A stretch of DNA of 64,000 nt, from the NCBI GenBank assembly GCA_951406725.2, contig OX597822.1:74524001-74588000 (forward strand), in the 5' to 3' direction. This stretch comes from Octopus vulgaris (taxonomy: Eukaryota). A program made the position numbers and the translations under genes. Positions 39,975 to 52,667 of this stretch are shown here, piece after piece (within the stretch, counting starts at the first letter, position 1; every line of letters starts with the position of its first letter). The notes under the pieces were generated by a model that made no database searches, had not been told where the DNA came from, and was given only the letters and a program-made list of their open reading frames with translations.

Positions 39975-40678
39975 GACGTGTTTCTTTCAGTTTCCGTCTA
40001 CCAAATCCTCTCACAAGGCTTTGGTCGGCCCAAGGCTATAGTAGAAGACACTTACCCAAGGTGCCACGCAGTGGGACTGAACCCAGAACCATGTGGTTGG
40101 TTAGCAAGCTACTTACTACACAGCCACTCCTACGCCTGGATTATTTACATACGTTTTCTTCTCACTTTCAGATTATTTTCCCTCATCGTAAGATTTTATC
40201 ATCATCATAATCATTATTTAACGTCCACGTTCCATGCTGGCATGGGTTGGACAGTTTGACAGGTGCTGGCTGGGCAGAAGATTGCACTATGTTTTGCTGT
40301 CTGTTTTGGCACGGTTTTTATGGCTAGATGCCCTTCCTAACACCGACCACTCCACAGAGTGGACTGAATGCTTTTTATGTGGCGCCAGCACAGGCATAGT
40401 CAGTTTTGGCATGTTTTTTTTTTTTTTACAGCTGGATGCCCTTCCAAATGCCAACCACTTTACAGTGTGAACTGGATGCTTCTTACATGGTACCAACACT
40501 GACAGGGGTTGTGGAATTGTAGGAGGTGGTCTTCTGCCAGATGATGAAAGGTTAGAGTGTGGCAGAGAGGCAGAAACAGGTGTCTTGCTGTAGTGGAGAT
40601 ACATGGGTACCTGGTGAGAGAGACAGAGAAACAAAGAAGGGTGACTATTGACAGATAAAATGCTTTTCAGACACAAGT

Positions 40679-40711
<33 letters not shown>

Positions 40712-40778
40712 TACATACACTCAAACACACGTACATACGGGCTTTGTACATTTTCTGTCTGCCAAACTCAAAAGGCAA

Positions 40779-41891
40779 GATAGCCGATTATTTTCCCTCA
40801 TTGTAAGATTGCATATGACAAACGCCTATTTTCGTTAGTGTTTAAGTAATTTGGCGCCAGAAGTGTACACTGTGTACATACAAATTGTTCGTTCCTTTTT
40901 TTTTTCTGTTTACAAAGCATTTCATCTGTCTACAGTTCTCTCGCTGGGGCTTAGTCCAGACCCACGTAGTCAAGAATTGAACACCTTAACTGCATACCCA
41001 TCCTGTGTGTGTATGTGTATGTTTATTTGTAAGGCACGCCGTGTCTTATGATGGTGCTCTTAACATACTATCCAGATTTGACTGACCAGAACTAGAGAGA
41101 CAGAACTGTTTACCGATAAAATGCTTTGTTGATAGAAAGAAGTAAACAAACAATTTGTATTGAGACAGTGAATGCCTTTGGCGCCAAATTACTTAAACAG
41201 ACACCCAAAATATGGGTTTGTAATATGCAATCTTACAATATGAGAAAAAATAATCGGTAATTTTTCAGAGTAATAGCCGCACGATTTTCACGAAGAAAAA
41301 AAAAAACAACTCGGATATTTTGCATGGAATCAAGGACCCTGACCTCCTAATATGTTACAAATCCCTTCTTTATTTTGGTTGGGAAAAGGAGGGGAGGGGG
41401 AGAATTCCTGTGACATCCTAATATGCTACAAAACTCTTTGGTGGGGGGGGGGGGCGTAAAACGGAGTGGGGTCAGGTTGAAGCCTCGGAAATTTCATCCA
41501 CCCCCACCCTCATTAATCTTTTCACCAGCCCGATTTTCACTAAGGAAAAAAAAAAAAAAAATTTCAATGAAACCGGGACGGAATTCCCTAACCCTAACCT
41601 TAAAACCCTAATCCTAACCCGAGGCTTGTACCTCACCCCAACTCCGTTTTTCGGACCCCAAAAAGGGTTTTGTAGCATATTAAGATGTCACAGGAATTCA
41701 TTCAACGGAAAAAAATTTCCAATGAATCCGGGAACGGGGATACCCCTTTCCCCAACCAAAATAATGGATTTGCAGCATATTAGGAGGTCAGGGTACTTGA
41801 TTCCAAACAAAAAATCCGATTTTTTTTCTTTTTTTCTTTAATGAAAATCATGCGTGTGTTACTCTGATAAATTACCAAATAATCGGCTATC
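40779..41891. mobile_element. Older TIR element interrupted at its right end by the 41256 element
   Basis: Left GATAGCCGATTATTTTCCCTCATTGTAAGATTGCATAT...; right ...ATATGCAATCTTACAATATGAGAAAAAATAATC|insertion|GGCTATC. Confidence 0.75.
41256..41876. mobile_element. Long-TIR foldback (Mutator-like) non-autonomous element with 8-bp TSD and internal CCCTAA repeats
   Basis: Termini GGTAATTT...AAATTACC; ~190-bp imperfect inverted arms; AAATAATC duplicated at 41248-41255 and 41877-41884. Confidence 0.85.
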
Positions 41892-42054
41892 ATCCTTCGA
41901 AGGTATATCAAAACATAAAGTATTTGTTTGGCAATTTTCGTACAGAATTTTTTTTTTTTTTCAGCTGAATCACTGATGTCGAAATATTTGCTGTTTATCT
42001 ATGCGTGTGTTTTTGTGTGCATGTATATGTTATACATACACAAATATACTTAAT

Positions 42055-43477
42055 CATCATCATCGTTTAATGTCTGTTTTCCATGCTAGCATGGGTTGGA
42101 CGGTTTGACCGGGGTCTGGGAAGCCAGGAGGCTGCACCACGCTCCAGTCTGATGTGGCAGTGTTTCTACAGCTGGATGCCCTTCCTAGCGCCAACCACTC
42201 CGTGAGTTTAGTGGATGCTTTTTATGTGCCACCGGCACAGGTGCCAGGGGAGGCTGGCAACGGCCACAATCGGTTGGTACTTCTAACGTGCCACTGGCAC
42301 GGGTATCACAACTACAATTTCCATTTGATTTTTTTTTTTTTTTTATGTTGTGGTACTTGACTCAATAGGTCTCTTCAAGCACAGCAGACCGTCCTTCAAT
42401 CCAAAGTACTTTGGATGGGCTGGGGCTTCTATGTGAAGCTGGCACAGGAAACAGCCATGAACTCATGGTATTTGTTGGGTCTTCGCAATCACAGCATATC
42501 TCCAGAGGTTTCTGTCTTTCATCATTGCCTCTGTGAGAGCCAACATTCGAAGGTCATGCTTGACCACCACATCGCATGTCTTCCTAGGTCTACCTCTACC
42601 CCGGATTCCTTCAACTGTTTGGGAGTGGCACTTCTTCGCACATCTCTCCTCATCCATCCATAGTACATGACCATGCCAGCGCAGACGTCTCTCTTGCACG
42701 CCACATCCAATGTTTCTTATGTCCAGCATTTCTCTCAGGGCACTTACACTCAGTCGTGTATGCACACTGACATTACACATCCAGTGGATCATGCTAGCTT
42801 CATTTCTTTCAAGCCTACGCATGTCCTCTGCAGTCACAGCCCATGTTTCACTACCGGGCAGCATAGCAGTTCGCACACATGCGTCGTACAATCTACCTTT
42901 CACTCTGAGCGAGAGACCCTTTGTCACCAGTAGGGTTAGGAGCTTTCTAAACTTTGCCCAGGCTATTCTTATTCTAGTGGTAACACTCTCTGAGCATCCA
43001 CCCCCACTACTAACTTGGTCACCTAGGTAGCAGAAACTATCAACTACTAGTTTCTCCCCCAGGAGTATAATGGAATCTGTTTTCTGAGTATCAATGGTGT
43101 CTATTGCACCTGTGCATCTGCCACACATGAAAGCTATCTTCTCGGTTAATTTTCCTTTGATGGTGCTGCACCTCTTATGTGTCCATAGCTTACACTGAGT
43201 CCATCTTATGGAGTTTCTACCCACACCTTTTCTACAAATCGAGTAGGGCCACCTGCCTGAAGGGGTGTGTGGTGTGTTTGCCTTCCTACTTACTAGAACT
43301 TTGGTCTTTGCTACATTGACTGTAACGCCTTTTGATTCTAAACCTAGCTTCCACACCTAAAATTTCTTTTCTAGTTCCAGTAGTGATTCTGCTATGAGTG
43401 CCAGGTCATCAGCATAGAGGAGCTCCCAGGGGCAACCCATCTTGGGAGCTCCTCTATGCTGATGACCTGGCACTCAT
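42055..43477 (-). mobile_element. 5'-truncated RTE-clade LINE: RT C-terminus, 3'UTR and (ATG)n tail
   Basis: WELLYADDLALIAES upstream of the 297-aa ORF 43356-42463 (VNVAKTKV, F.YLG, RI..AW..F, GSETW, RLRWHGHV, RGRGRPRKT). Confidence 0.92.
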
Positions 43478-43714
43478 TAACACATATATATTCTTTTATT
43501 TGACAGCGGCCATGCTGGGGCACCACCTTGTAGTCAAACAAATCGACCCCAGGACTTATTCTTTGTAAGTCTTGTGCTTATTCTCTCTGTCTCTTTTGCT
43601 TAACTGCTAAGTTATGGGGATGTAAACACACCAGCATCAGTTGTTAAGCGATGGTGGGGGGACAAACACAGACTCTATCTCCCTTTCTCTCTCTCTCCCT
43701 CTCTCTCTCTCTCC

Positions 43715-43767
<53 letters not shown>

Positions 43768-43769
43768 AT

Positions 43770-43931
43770 ACAGTTCTATATTTAAGAGATGAGGAATTAT
43801 GTACATTATTTACAATTGATGGATATTTGTCCTTATCTTGTTTGTAGTTAACACATTTCGGCTGATATACCCTCCAGCCTACATCAGGTGTCTTGGGGAA
43901 ATTTTGGATATTTTTATTATTACTATTATTA

Positions 43932-43979
<48 letters not shown>

Positions 43980-44264
43980 GGTCACTGCCTGGAATCAAAC
44001 TCGGAATCTGGGTTAGTCGCCTGCACTCTTAACCACTACGCCATATGCGCGGGCATATGGCGTAGTGGTTAAGAGTGTGGGTTACTAACGTCAAGATTCC
44101 GAGTTTGATTCCAGGCAGTGACCCGAATAATAATAATAATAATAACAACAACAACATTGAAAAATACCTTAGGAATGAGAACCCAGGTTTGAAATTTCCT
44201 CAAGACACCCGATGAAGGCTGGAGGGTATATCAGCCAAAACGTTATGCTAGCAACAAACAAGAT
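43770..44264. mobile_element. Head-to-head pair of tRNA-head + (AAT)n + hammerhead elements
   Basis: Order is tail(-), HHR(-) ~43850-43892, (ATT)n, tRNA-like head(-), centre ~44050, tRNA-like head(+) with TGGCGTAGTGG and GTTTGATTCC boxes, (AAT)n, HHR(+) ~44204-44250; inserted in (TA)n. Confidence 0.8.
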
Positions 44265-44279
44265 ATATATATATATATC

Positions 44280-44921
44280 TGATATGTATAGTATTAAATA
44301 TCCATCACGGCTGATCTTACTAATCGGTTTCGCGTAAAGAATACAATCGAGTATTAGGTAACAATCTGATTATATAACTTTATGCTCATCAGAGTTAATA
44401 TGGTGCTCCCGCGGAGATGGAGTGTGTGGTATGTGCAGCGGTGTAATATGTATAATTTTTTCCAGGGGTGTAGGTATATATAGCTGTGTTCATTGGTTTG
44501 TTTTCTTTCTGTAAATGATAAAGTTGTGGGGGAGGATGTTTATGTTAGCATATGGTGTGTAATGTGTGTATGGGGGTGGTCTGCGTATATGTTGGGATAC
44601 AATTTGTGTGAAGGGGTATGTGTTGGGGTGGTAGAAGAGTTTACTTTGTGGGGTGTCTGCCTTATAGGGTTGTGCATTGGTGTGTGCTTTGGTCAATCTC
44701 TTTTTGCTGGGCTCAAGGGCTTTGGTGAAAGGGCAAGGATTAAACATCTCACTCTTGCTATTCAGGTAAACATCCAGGTGTTGGGTCCCTTTTAAAATTG
44801 CCGTCTTGTCAGCCAGGCATAATCTGCCCTTCCTGCTGCTACTGAAGTACAGTTTTCATCTTTTTAGGGTCTTCCACTTTATGCTGAACTCCGTGGCCCT
44901 TTCTTTCAGATGTGCTATATA
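44280..44921 (-). mobile_element. Penelope-like element (PLE) 3' remnant: GIY-YIG endonuclease C-terminal region plus 3' region
   Basis: From 44921 the minus strand translates YIAHLKERATEFSIKWKTLKR*KLYFSSSRKGRLCLADKTAILKGTQHLDVYLNSKSEMFNPC, resembling the PLE I.W.I...C.LCL.EK..I...LN.RSE...C tail; one internal stop. Confidence 0.7.
44319..44395 (-). ncRNA. Hammerhead motif 3' of a Penelope-like ORF remnant
   Basis: Minus strand ACU-CUGAUGA-GCAUAAAG(long loop)CUUUACGC-GAAAC-CG-AUU/AGU; slightly decayed. Confidence 0.65.
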
Positions 44922-44924
44922 TAT

Positions 44925-45630
44925 CATCACCATCGTTGTTGTTTAATATCTGCTTTTCATGCTGGCATGGTTTGGACGGTTTGACTGAGGACCGGCAAGC
45001 CAGGAGGCTGCACCAGGCTCCAATCTAATTTTGCAAAGTTTCTACAGCTGTGTACTTTTTATGTGCCACTGGCACGGGAGCCAGTCAGGTGGCACTAGCA
45101 TCACCCATTCTCAAATGGTGCTTTTTATGTGCCACCAGCACAAGTACCAGTAAGGTGGCACCAGCATCGGTGATGCTCAAATGGTCCTTTTTATGTGCTA
45201 CCAGCATGGGTGCAAATCAGGTGGCACTGGTGTTGGCCATGACTACAATTTCACTCAATTCAACAGGTCTTCACAAGCACAGCATATTGCCCAATGATTA
45301 AAGGGTGCTTTCAAATGGGCCAGTTATGTGTCACTGGCATCAACCACGACTAGGATCTCACCTCGCTTGCTGGGTCTTCTCAAGCACAGCACATCTCCAA
45401 AGGTCTTGGTTGCTTGTCATTGTCTCTGTGGGGCTGAACATTTGAAGGTCGTGCTTCACCACCTCAATCTGTGTTTTCTTGGGTTTACCTCTTCCACAAG
45501 TTCCCTCCACTGTTAGGGTGTGACAGATCTTCACACAGCTCTCCTCATCCATCTGATGCTTCTTATGTCTGACTTTTCTCTCAAGGTGCTTACACTCTAT
45601 TATGTATGCACACTGACATTACACATCCCA
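44925..45630 (-). mobile_element. RTE LINE 3' fragment
   Basis: VEGTCGRGKPKKT..EVVKHDL peptide plus the family 3'UTR. Confidence 0.8.
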
Positions 45631-46849
45631 TTGATAAAGAACATGGAAATACAAAAGGTTACATTCACAAGAGTAAAAAATGTGAGTGCATGTTTAGATA
45701 GATATATGAATGCATATACAAATGTATGTACATTAGTGTTGTATAAATGTATATGTATGTATATGGCAAAATCTTTCAAAAGTCATTCAAATAAAGGCTG
45801 TATATGGGAGTTTGCAAGTAGATTTTGTTAGTTTAACCCTTCCGTTGCTGTATTTATTTTGAGATGCTCTGTGTTTCTTTCAATTAATTTTAAATATAAC
45901 CAAGAATTTAGTAAAATAATTTAGGTATCATTAAGCTAGTATTAGGAACATAAATTGTGACTGAGGTTTGGTGGAAGATTTTAATTCAAAACCTATTGAA
46001 ACAAGACATTTGTATTCAGAGCCAGAGCTGGTTTCAGCCAGGTTGTTATCAAAAGGGTTAAGAATTGTTTCTCTATTACATACTTTAACCCTTTTGTTAC
46101 CATATTTCTGTTGAGGTGCTTTGTGTTTCTTTCAATTAATTTTAAATATAACAAAGAACTTAGTAAAATAACTTAGTTATCATTCAGCTAGTGTTAGGAA
46201 CATAAATTGTAGCTAAGGTCTGGTGGAAGATTTTAATTCAAAACTTATGAAAGCAAGATATTTGTACTACAGAGCCAGAGCTAATTTCAGCATTGTTGGT
46301 AATGAAAGGGTTATCTCAAGTATTCAGATTAACTCTAATGTTCATCTGTCAAACATGATTCCTATTTATTCACATTGCTTCCAGTTGATCATGCCTTATC
46401 TCACATGTTTTTACTCTCATGAATGTATATCATTTCATGCCTCTCCAGTTATAAGCTTCCAAACGCACCCATGTGTTAATATTGTTTTCTTTTAGAACTT
46501 AGATGAAATTAAAAATATAATGCTGTGGAGTACTTAGTTCTATATATTGCAATATGTCCATTCTAGCATGATTATCATCTTGATCACCTTGACTGACCAG
46601 TCCGTCGGGGATCCATTTGACACCACTCCTCTTTGGATTGCGCCTTTCTCATCCACGTGATCCCAATCACCCACCTGAAATTGTAACTCCACCATCGTGG
46701 AGGTCTTCTGAGTGGTCATTTCTGCTCGCATGGGCACCACTCATCAACTGTGCAGGTCCACCGACCATCGGTGAGCCAGGCGACGTGTAACCCATCCAAA
46801 CCTACTGCGCACATACTCCATGACGACATCCTTCTGACCACATGAACTT

Positions 46850-47440
46850 CATTTTCATGCAGTTCATCTTGAGACCTACTGCAGAGCTTTTCATGTCGAG
46901 CTCGATAAAAAACAGAAAGGCGCCAGGGAAAGATGGTATAACATCAGAGGTTGTTAAAGTCAGGCAGAGAGCAGCACTGGAAAATCCTCGCTGAGCGATT
47001 CTCACACTATCTGGATGAGGGAAGAATTCCCTTGCAGTGGAAAGAGTCAAATACCATTCTGCTATATAAGAAGGGTGATAAAGAAGATCTAGGGAAGTAT
47101 TGGCCCATATGCCTGCTGTCTCATGTGTACAAGCTGTTCACAAAGATAATTCTGAACAGGTTGTCACGTCATCTCGACGAACAACAACCAAGGGAGCAAG
47201 CCAGCTTCCGGAAGAACTACAGCACGATGGACCATATATTTACTCTAACACAACTGCTTGAACGAGCGAATGAGTACAAGCTGCCTCTTTGTGTTGCATT
47301 TGTAGACTGAGAAACCCTTCGACAACATTGAAACCAATGCAGTGCTGAACTCGCTGCAGAGGCAAGGAGTTGAGGTGCAATATGTGCAACTGCTCAAGGG
47401 GGCAGATTCCGGATGCACCACCGACATAACTCTCCAAAAC
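46850..47440 (+). mobile_element. RTE-like reverse transcriptase N-terminal fragment (disrupted)
   Basis: KAPGKDGITSE and WKESNTILLYKKGDKEDLGKYWPICLLSHVYKLFTKII...EQASFRKNYSTMDHIF...FVD. Confidence 0.88.
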
Positions 47441-47443
47441 TTT

Positions 47444-47700
47444 TCACCGCATGACAATTAGAGTATCACATACTGAATTTGAGTATGACAGCAAGACCTT
47501 GGGTGTGAGGTCTTCACGGATGTATATAGCAACTCCACCATGGCTCCTTTCCCTTCTGTCTGTTCGCAGTATGGTATATTTTGGTACATGTACTTCTGCA
47601 TCCTCTATATCAGGACTCAGATGAGTTTCCACAAGTGCTATGCATAGGGCTTGATTGCATGCAGCAAGGTCTCTCAGGAAAAAAATTTTGCTTTTGTTGC
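47444..47700 (-). mobile_element. APE endonuclease fragment of a CR1/Jockey-like LINE
   Basis: ETHL...YTILRTDR...GGVAIYIRE motif. Confidence 0.8.
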
Positions 47701-47910
47701 AACAGGCCCTCAGTATTTAGTTAAAATATTGGCTTTATGACTGTGCAGGCATTAGGGGAGGCCATCCCGTATCCATTGATTGTTGTGGTCTTGCACAGTA
47801 GTGGGCAAGGTTCCTTTTTTGCACTTGATGCAGCCAGATCAGCTGCTGCACAATCTTTTGCACCATGCACAAACAAGACACTTGCTCAACTACTGCCTTG
47901 TGCATATATT

Positions 47911-47967
<57 letters not shown>

Positions 47968-48648
47968 CTATAAATATATCATCATCATCATCGTTTAACA
48001 TCTGCTTTCCATGCTAGCATGGGTTGGACGATTTGACTGAGGACTGGCAAACCAGATGGCTGCACCAGGCTCCATTCTTGATCTGGCAGAGTTTCTACAG
48101 CTGGATGCCCTTCCTAACACCAACCACTCTGAGAGTGTAGTGGAGGCTTTTACGTGCCACCGGCACGAGGGCCAGTCAGGCAGTACTGGCAACGACCACG
48201 CTCAAATGGTGTTTTTTACATGCCACCTACAAAGGAGCCAGTCCAGCAGCACTTGCAATGACCTCACTCGAATGTTTATTCACATGCCACCGGCACAAGT
48301 GCCAGTAAAGCTATGCTACAAATTAGCATTTAGTGTGGCTATGTACCATCAATAGCAACTTCATTCCTGGTTGACTTGAAAAAATGAATTTTTTAAATTT
48401 TAATCTTTTCCATGAGAGAGAGACGGAGGAAGGGAGGGAGAGAAGAGAAGGTAAAGAGAAAATACAAACATTTTAACGTAACAAAGAAACGGAAAAGATC
48501 AACCAGTAAGTGGTGAGCTTAACATAGCAAGTAACTCTTTGTTGTGGTTATAGCTTTAAGAAATCTCAATTTATGCATGTCAGACTGCATGCATGAGCAC
48601 ACACACACAAAATAAATAAAAAATTGAGTACAAACTTAAGCTAATTCA

Positions 48649-48880
48649 TTGTCTTCAGTAGTAGCTAATGGAGCCACCTCCAGTGTCATGCAAATAGTGA
48701 GTGGGGTTCTGCAAGGCACTGTTTTGGGACCACTATTGTTTATAATGGTCCTCCCAGCTATGCCCTCAGCCATACAGAGAGCCATGATCACAAGGTATGC
48801 AGATGACACAAAAGTTTCACGGGTAATTCAAAACATTGGAGACGTTATGAGTTATATGAAACATACAAGTGGGCTAAGAA
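48649..48880 (+). mobile_element. CR1/L2-like RT fragment
   Basis: SGVLQGTVLGPLLFI...YADDTK. Confidence 0.8.
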
Positions 48881-48951
48881 GACCAGGACAGACACTGTGC
48901 TGCTAAGCATTTTGCCTAGTGTGCTAACAATTCTGCCAGCTCACTACTTTT

Positions 48952-48982
<31 letters not shown>

Positions 48983-49184
48983 TAAGGATTTCAAATTTTT
49001 GCCACAGGGGCAGCTTGGGGAAGGGGATTAAGTTGATTACATCGACCCCGGTGCATAACTGGTACTTATTTTAACGACCCCAAAAGGATGAAAGGCAAAG
49101 TTGACCTTGGCGGAAATTGAACTCAGAAGGTAGCGATGGGTGAAATGCTGTTGAGCATTAGCACGCCGCCTTAATAATAATAAT

Positions 49185-49845
49185 TTCTCTAAAAGAAATG
49201 GAGAAACTTTCAAAATGCAATGACCTGCAAATAGAGGTAACCTGGATGTGGAGTCTAAAAGCAGAAGCAATTCCTATCATAGTGGGCACCTTAAGTATAC
49301 TCTTTTACTTGTTTCAGTCATTTGACTGCGGCCATGCTGGAGCATCGTCCTTTAGTCGAGCAAATCAACCCCAGGACTTATTTTTGGAAGCCTAGTACTT
49401 ATTCTATCATACTCTTTTGCCGAACCACTAAGTTACGGGGATGTAAACACACTAGCATTGGTTGTCAAGCGATGTTGGGGGGACAAACACAGACACACAA
49501 ACATATGCACACACATACATATATATATATATATATAATATATACATACATATATACGACAGGCTTCTTTTAGTTTCCGTCTACCAAATCCACTCACAAG
49601 GCTTTGGTCAGTCCGAGGCTATAGTAGAAGACACTTGCCCAAGGTGCCAAGCAGTGGGATTGAACCCAGAACCATGTGGTTGGTAAGCAAGCTACTTACC
49701 ACACAGCCACTCCTGCCTCTGATGATAAAAAAATATTCAAATACATAACAAAAACACCAGGACTTACGAATATATATAACATACAGAAAATAGCACTACT
49801 AGGCACCACACGCATCCTACATAAAACACTTTCAATACAGTAAAA
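49185..49845 (+). mobile_element. Restriction-like-endonuclease (R2/R4/NeSL-type) LINE C-terminal fragment split by a SINE
   Basis: EKLSKCNDLQIEVTWMW...IPIIVGTL before the SINE and IQKIALLGTTRIL after it. Confidence 0.65.
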
Positions 49846-49944
49846 ATAAGAGCACCACAACAAACCACAGCACATACCCAAGGCACACAGAGCTGCGCAT
49901 GTTAGTGCCATGAAAGCACGTGATAAAATTAAGACTACTGAGTG

Positions 49945-49976
<32 letters not shown>

Positions 49977-52667
49977 CATTAAACTATTGATTAAATATAG
50001 CTACAGAAATATTTGTCATCTCTTTTTTTTTTTCTTGCCTTGTTTATAGTATTGATTTAACTATTTAGTTACTTAGTATATAAAATATCTGCTATGTTTT
50101 ATCCAGCAAAAGTAAAAACAGGTTTTCGCATGTTTCAGCCAGTTATTTAAAGATTTGTGTTTTGTGTATGGTTGTGTTTTGTGTTCAAGTGGTGGTCTTC
50201 TATGGTGTCGGTTGATATCTGAGTGTTCTGTGTTGAACTTGATCTTTTTATATTTCTAAAAATTTGCTAAGAAATTTTAAGTTTTTTTTTTTTTTACCTT
50301 TTCTTTTACTTGCTTCACTCATTGGACTTACAGCCAAGCTGGAGAACCACCTTGAAGCATTTTAAGTCAACCCGATGCTATTTTTAAAGTCTGGTACTTA
50401 TTCTGTCAATCTCTTTTGCCAGACCAGTGTTACAGTGACATAAACAAACCAACACCAGTTACAAAGCAGTGGTAGAGGGAATAAACACATACATACATAC
50501 ATGTGCGCATACACACACAGAACCATATACATACTTGGTGGGCTTCTATATAGTTTCCAGCTATCAAAATCACCCATAAGGCATTGGTCAGCCCAAGGCT
50601 ATATTAAAAGACACTTGCCCAAGGTGTCACACATTGGGACTGAACCTAAAACCCTGTGGTTACAAAGTGAGCTTCTTAAACACACAATCTTGCCTGCACA
50701 TGTTCTTTTTAATTGTTTAATGCTGAGTTCCATTTTGATTATGCATTGGTCAGTGCCATTGAGTCGAAGTTGGTAAAAATGCAGTCACCAACAAATGTTG
50801 TCATCATCACCATCACCATTTAATGTCCATCTTGCATCCTGGCATTGGTTGGACAACTTGTCAGAAGCTGGTAAGCCAGAGGACTGCGCCATGCTCCACT
50901 GTTTTGGCATGCTTTTTATGGCTGGATGTCCTTCCTAATGCCAACCACTTTAAACTGGACTGGATGCTTTTTATATAGCACCTACATCAGCTAGGTCTGC
51001 TTTGGTGGGCATCTTATGGCTGGATGCCCTTCCTAATGCCAACCACTTTAAACTGGACTGGATGCTTTTTATGTAGCACTTACATCGGCTAGGTCTGCTT
51101 TGTCGAGCAGTTTATGGCTGGATGCCCTTCCTAATGCCAACCACTTTACAGAGTAGACCAGCTGCATTTTACAGTAATGTGTTATTAAAATTGCTCATTT
51201 CACAGATACTGCTATGACTGTTTCCTGCACTGAAAATTATCGACTCCTACTTAAGGACTTCTGAGATGGTGGAGCTGATAGGAGCAGCTCTCTTTCTTAT
51301 GAGCAAGATGTTATCTATCTTCCTTTCTTTTTCTCTTATTTGTTTTAGTTATTGGACTGAGGCCATGCTGGGGCACTGCCTTGAAGGGTTTGGCAGAACA
51401 AATCAACTCCAGCACTTACTTTTTTTTTTGAAGTCTGGTATTTATTATATCAATCTCTCTCACTAAACTGCTAAGTTACAGGGACCAAAACCAACTGTCA
51501 AATAGTGGGGAAGAGACAAACACAATGTCTCACACACACACACATACATGTTTATGACAGGTTTCCACCCAGTTTCCATCTACCAGATTCACTCACAAGG
51601 TATTGGTCAGCCCAGGATGTAGTAAAAGACACTTGCCCAAAGTGCTGCACTGTGGGATTGAACTCAAAGCTACATGGTTGCAAAGCAAGCTTCTTAACAA
51701 CACAACCATATTCACACCTGTTAGTAATTTTTTTTTTTATTTATTTAACCCCTGTTCTATAAATACAATGTTTCTTTATTAAATTTTGTAGGGATAAACT
51801 CTTCAATCTTTTATAATATAATTTTATATTTCATTTCATATAATTTTTCATATTTCATTCACTTAAATTTTATATAAAAAGAAACAATGTTAGAATTTTG
51901 TAAAGAAGGTTTATATCTAACCGAGTTTGTTTTTAAAATATCCATTTAATATTAACGAGCTTAAAAGCCACCTGATAGGATGACTTTTGAACTAGCTCCT
52001 GTGGAGGGCTCTTCATTAGGCCTTGGGCCCAACAATGACACTTCATGTATTGAGTACATATTAAATTTTATTAAACTTGACCAATATTTTTCAAGCATTG
52101 AACAATTTTCGTCAAAACAATGATATAATTTGTCAACTTGGAACTTATTGTAAAGCTGCATGATAAACAACAATACCACCATCATCGTCACCATATCTGC
52201 CATACACACACCATTCAGACTTCTAATGCCACCACCATCAATACCTTTTACTTTGCTGCTTTCCCCTCCACCACCATCACCAATGTCTTTCACATCACTT
52301 GCTCTCTGACCACCTCAGCTACCACCACACCATCATCACTGCCGCCTCCGCCTCTATCACCTCTACAGTTCATACTATTACTATCACCCCATTACCATCG
52401 GTCATTATGTTAGTTCAGTGTCCAGTCCCTCTTTCTCTCACATACCCACTCTTTCTCTCTCTCTCTTATTATTACTCCCACTGTCACCATCAACAATACT
52501 AGTTTTAATAAAAACATCATCAACTCTCCCTAAATTTTGTCTCTATGCTCTCACCCCAGTATGAGCAATAGTAGAAGTGTCAATGAATAGTGAAAGAGGG
52601 GACCGAAGTGTGACACACTGACACACAGAAATTAGTTTTTGCATTTATTATATTAGATTAGCTATTA

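Noticed and set aside
44052-44123. tRNA-like sequence with A and B boxes
   Set aside because: Cloverleaf pairing is imperfect and it is embedded in a repeat family; treated as a SINE head, not a tRNA gene.
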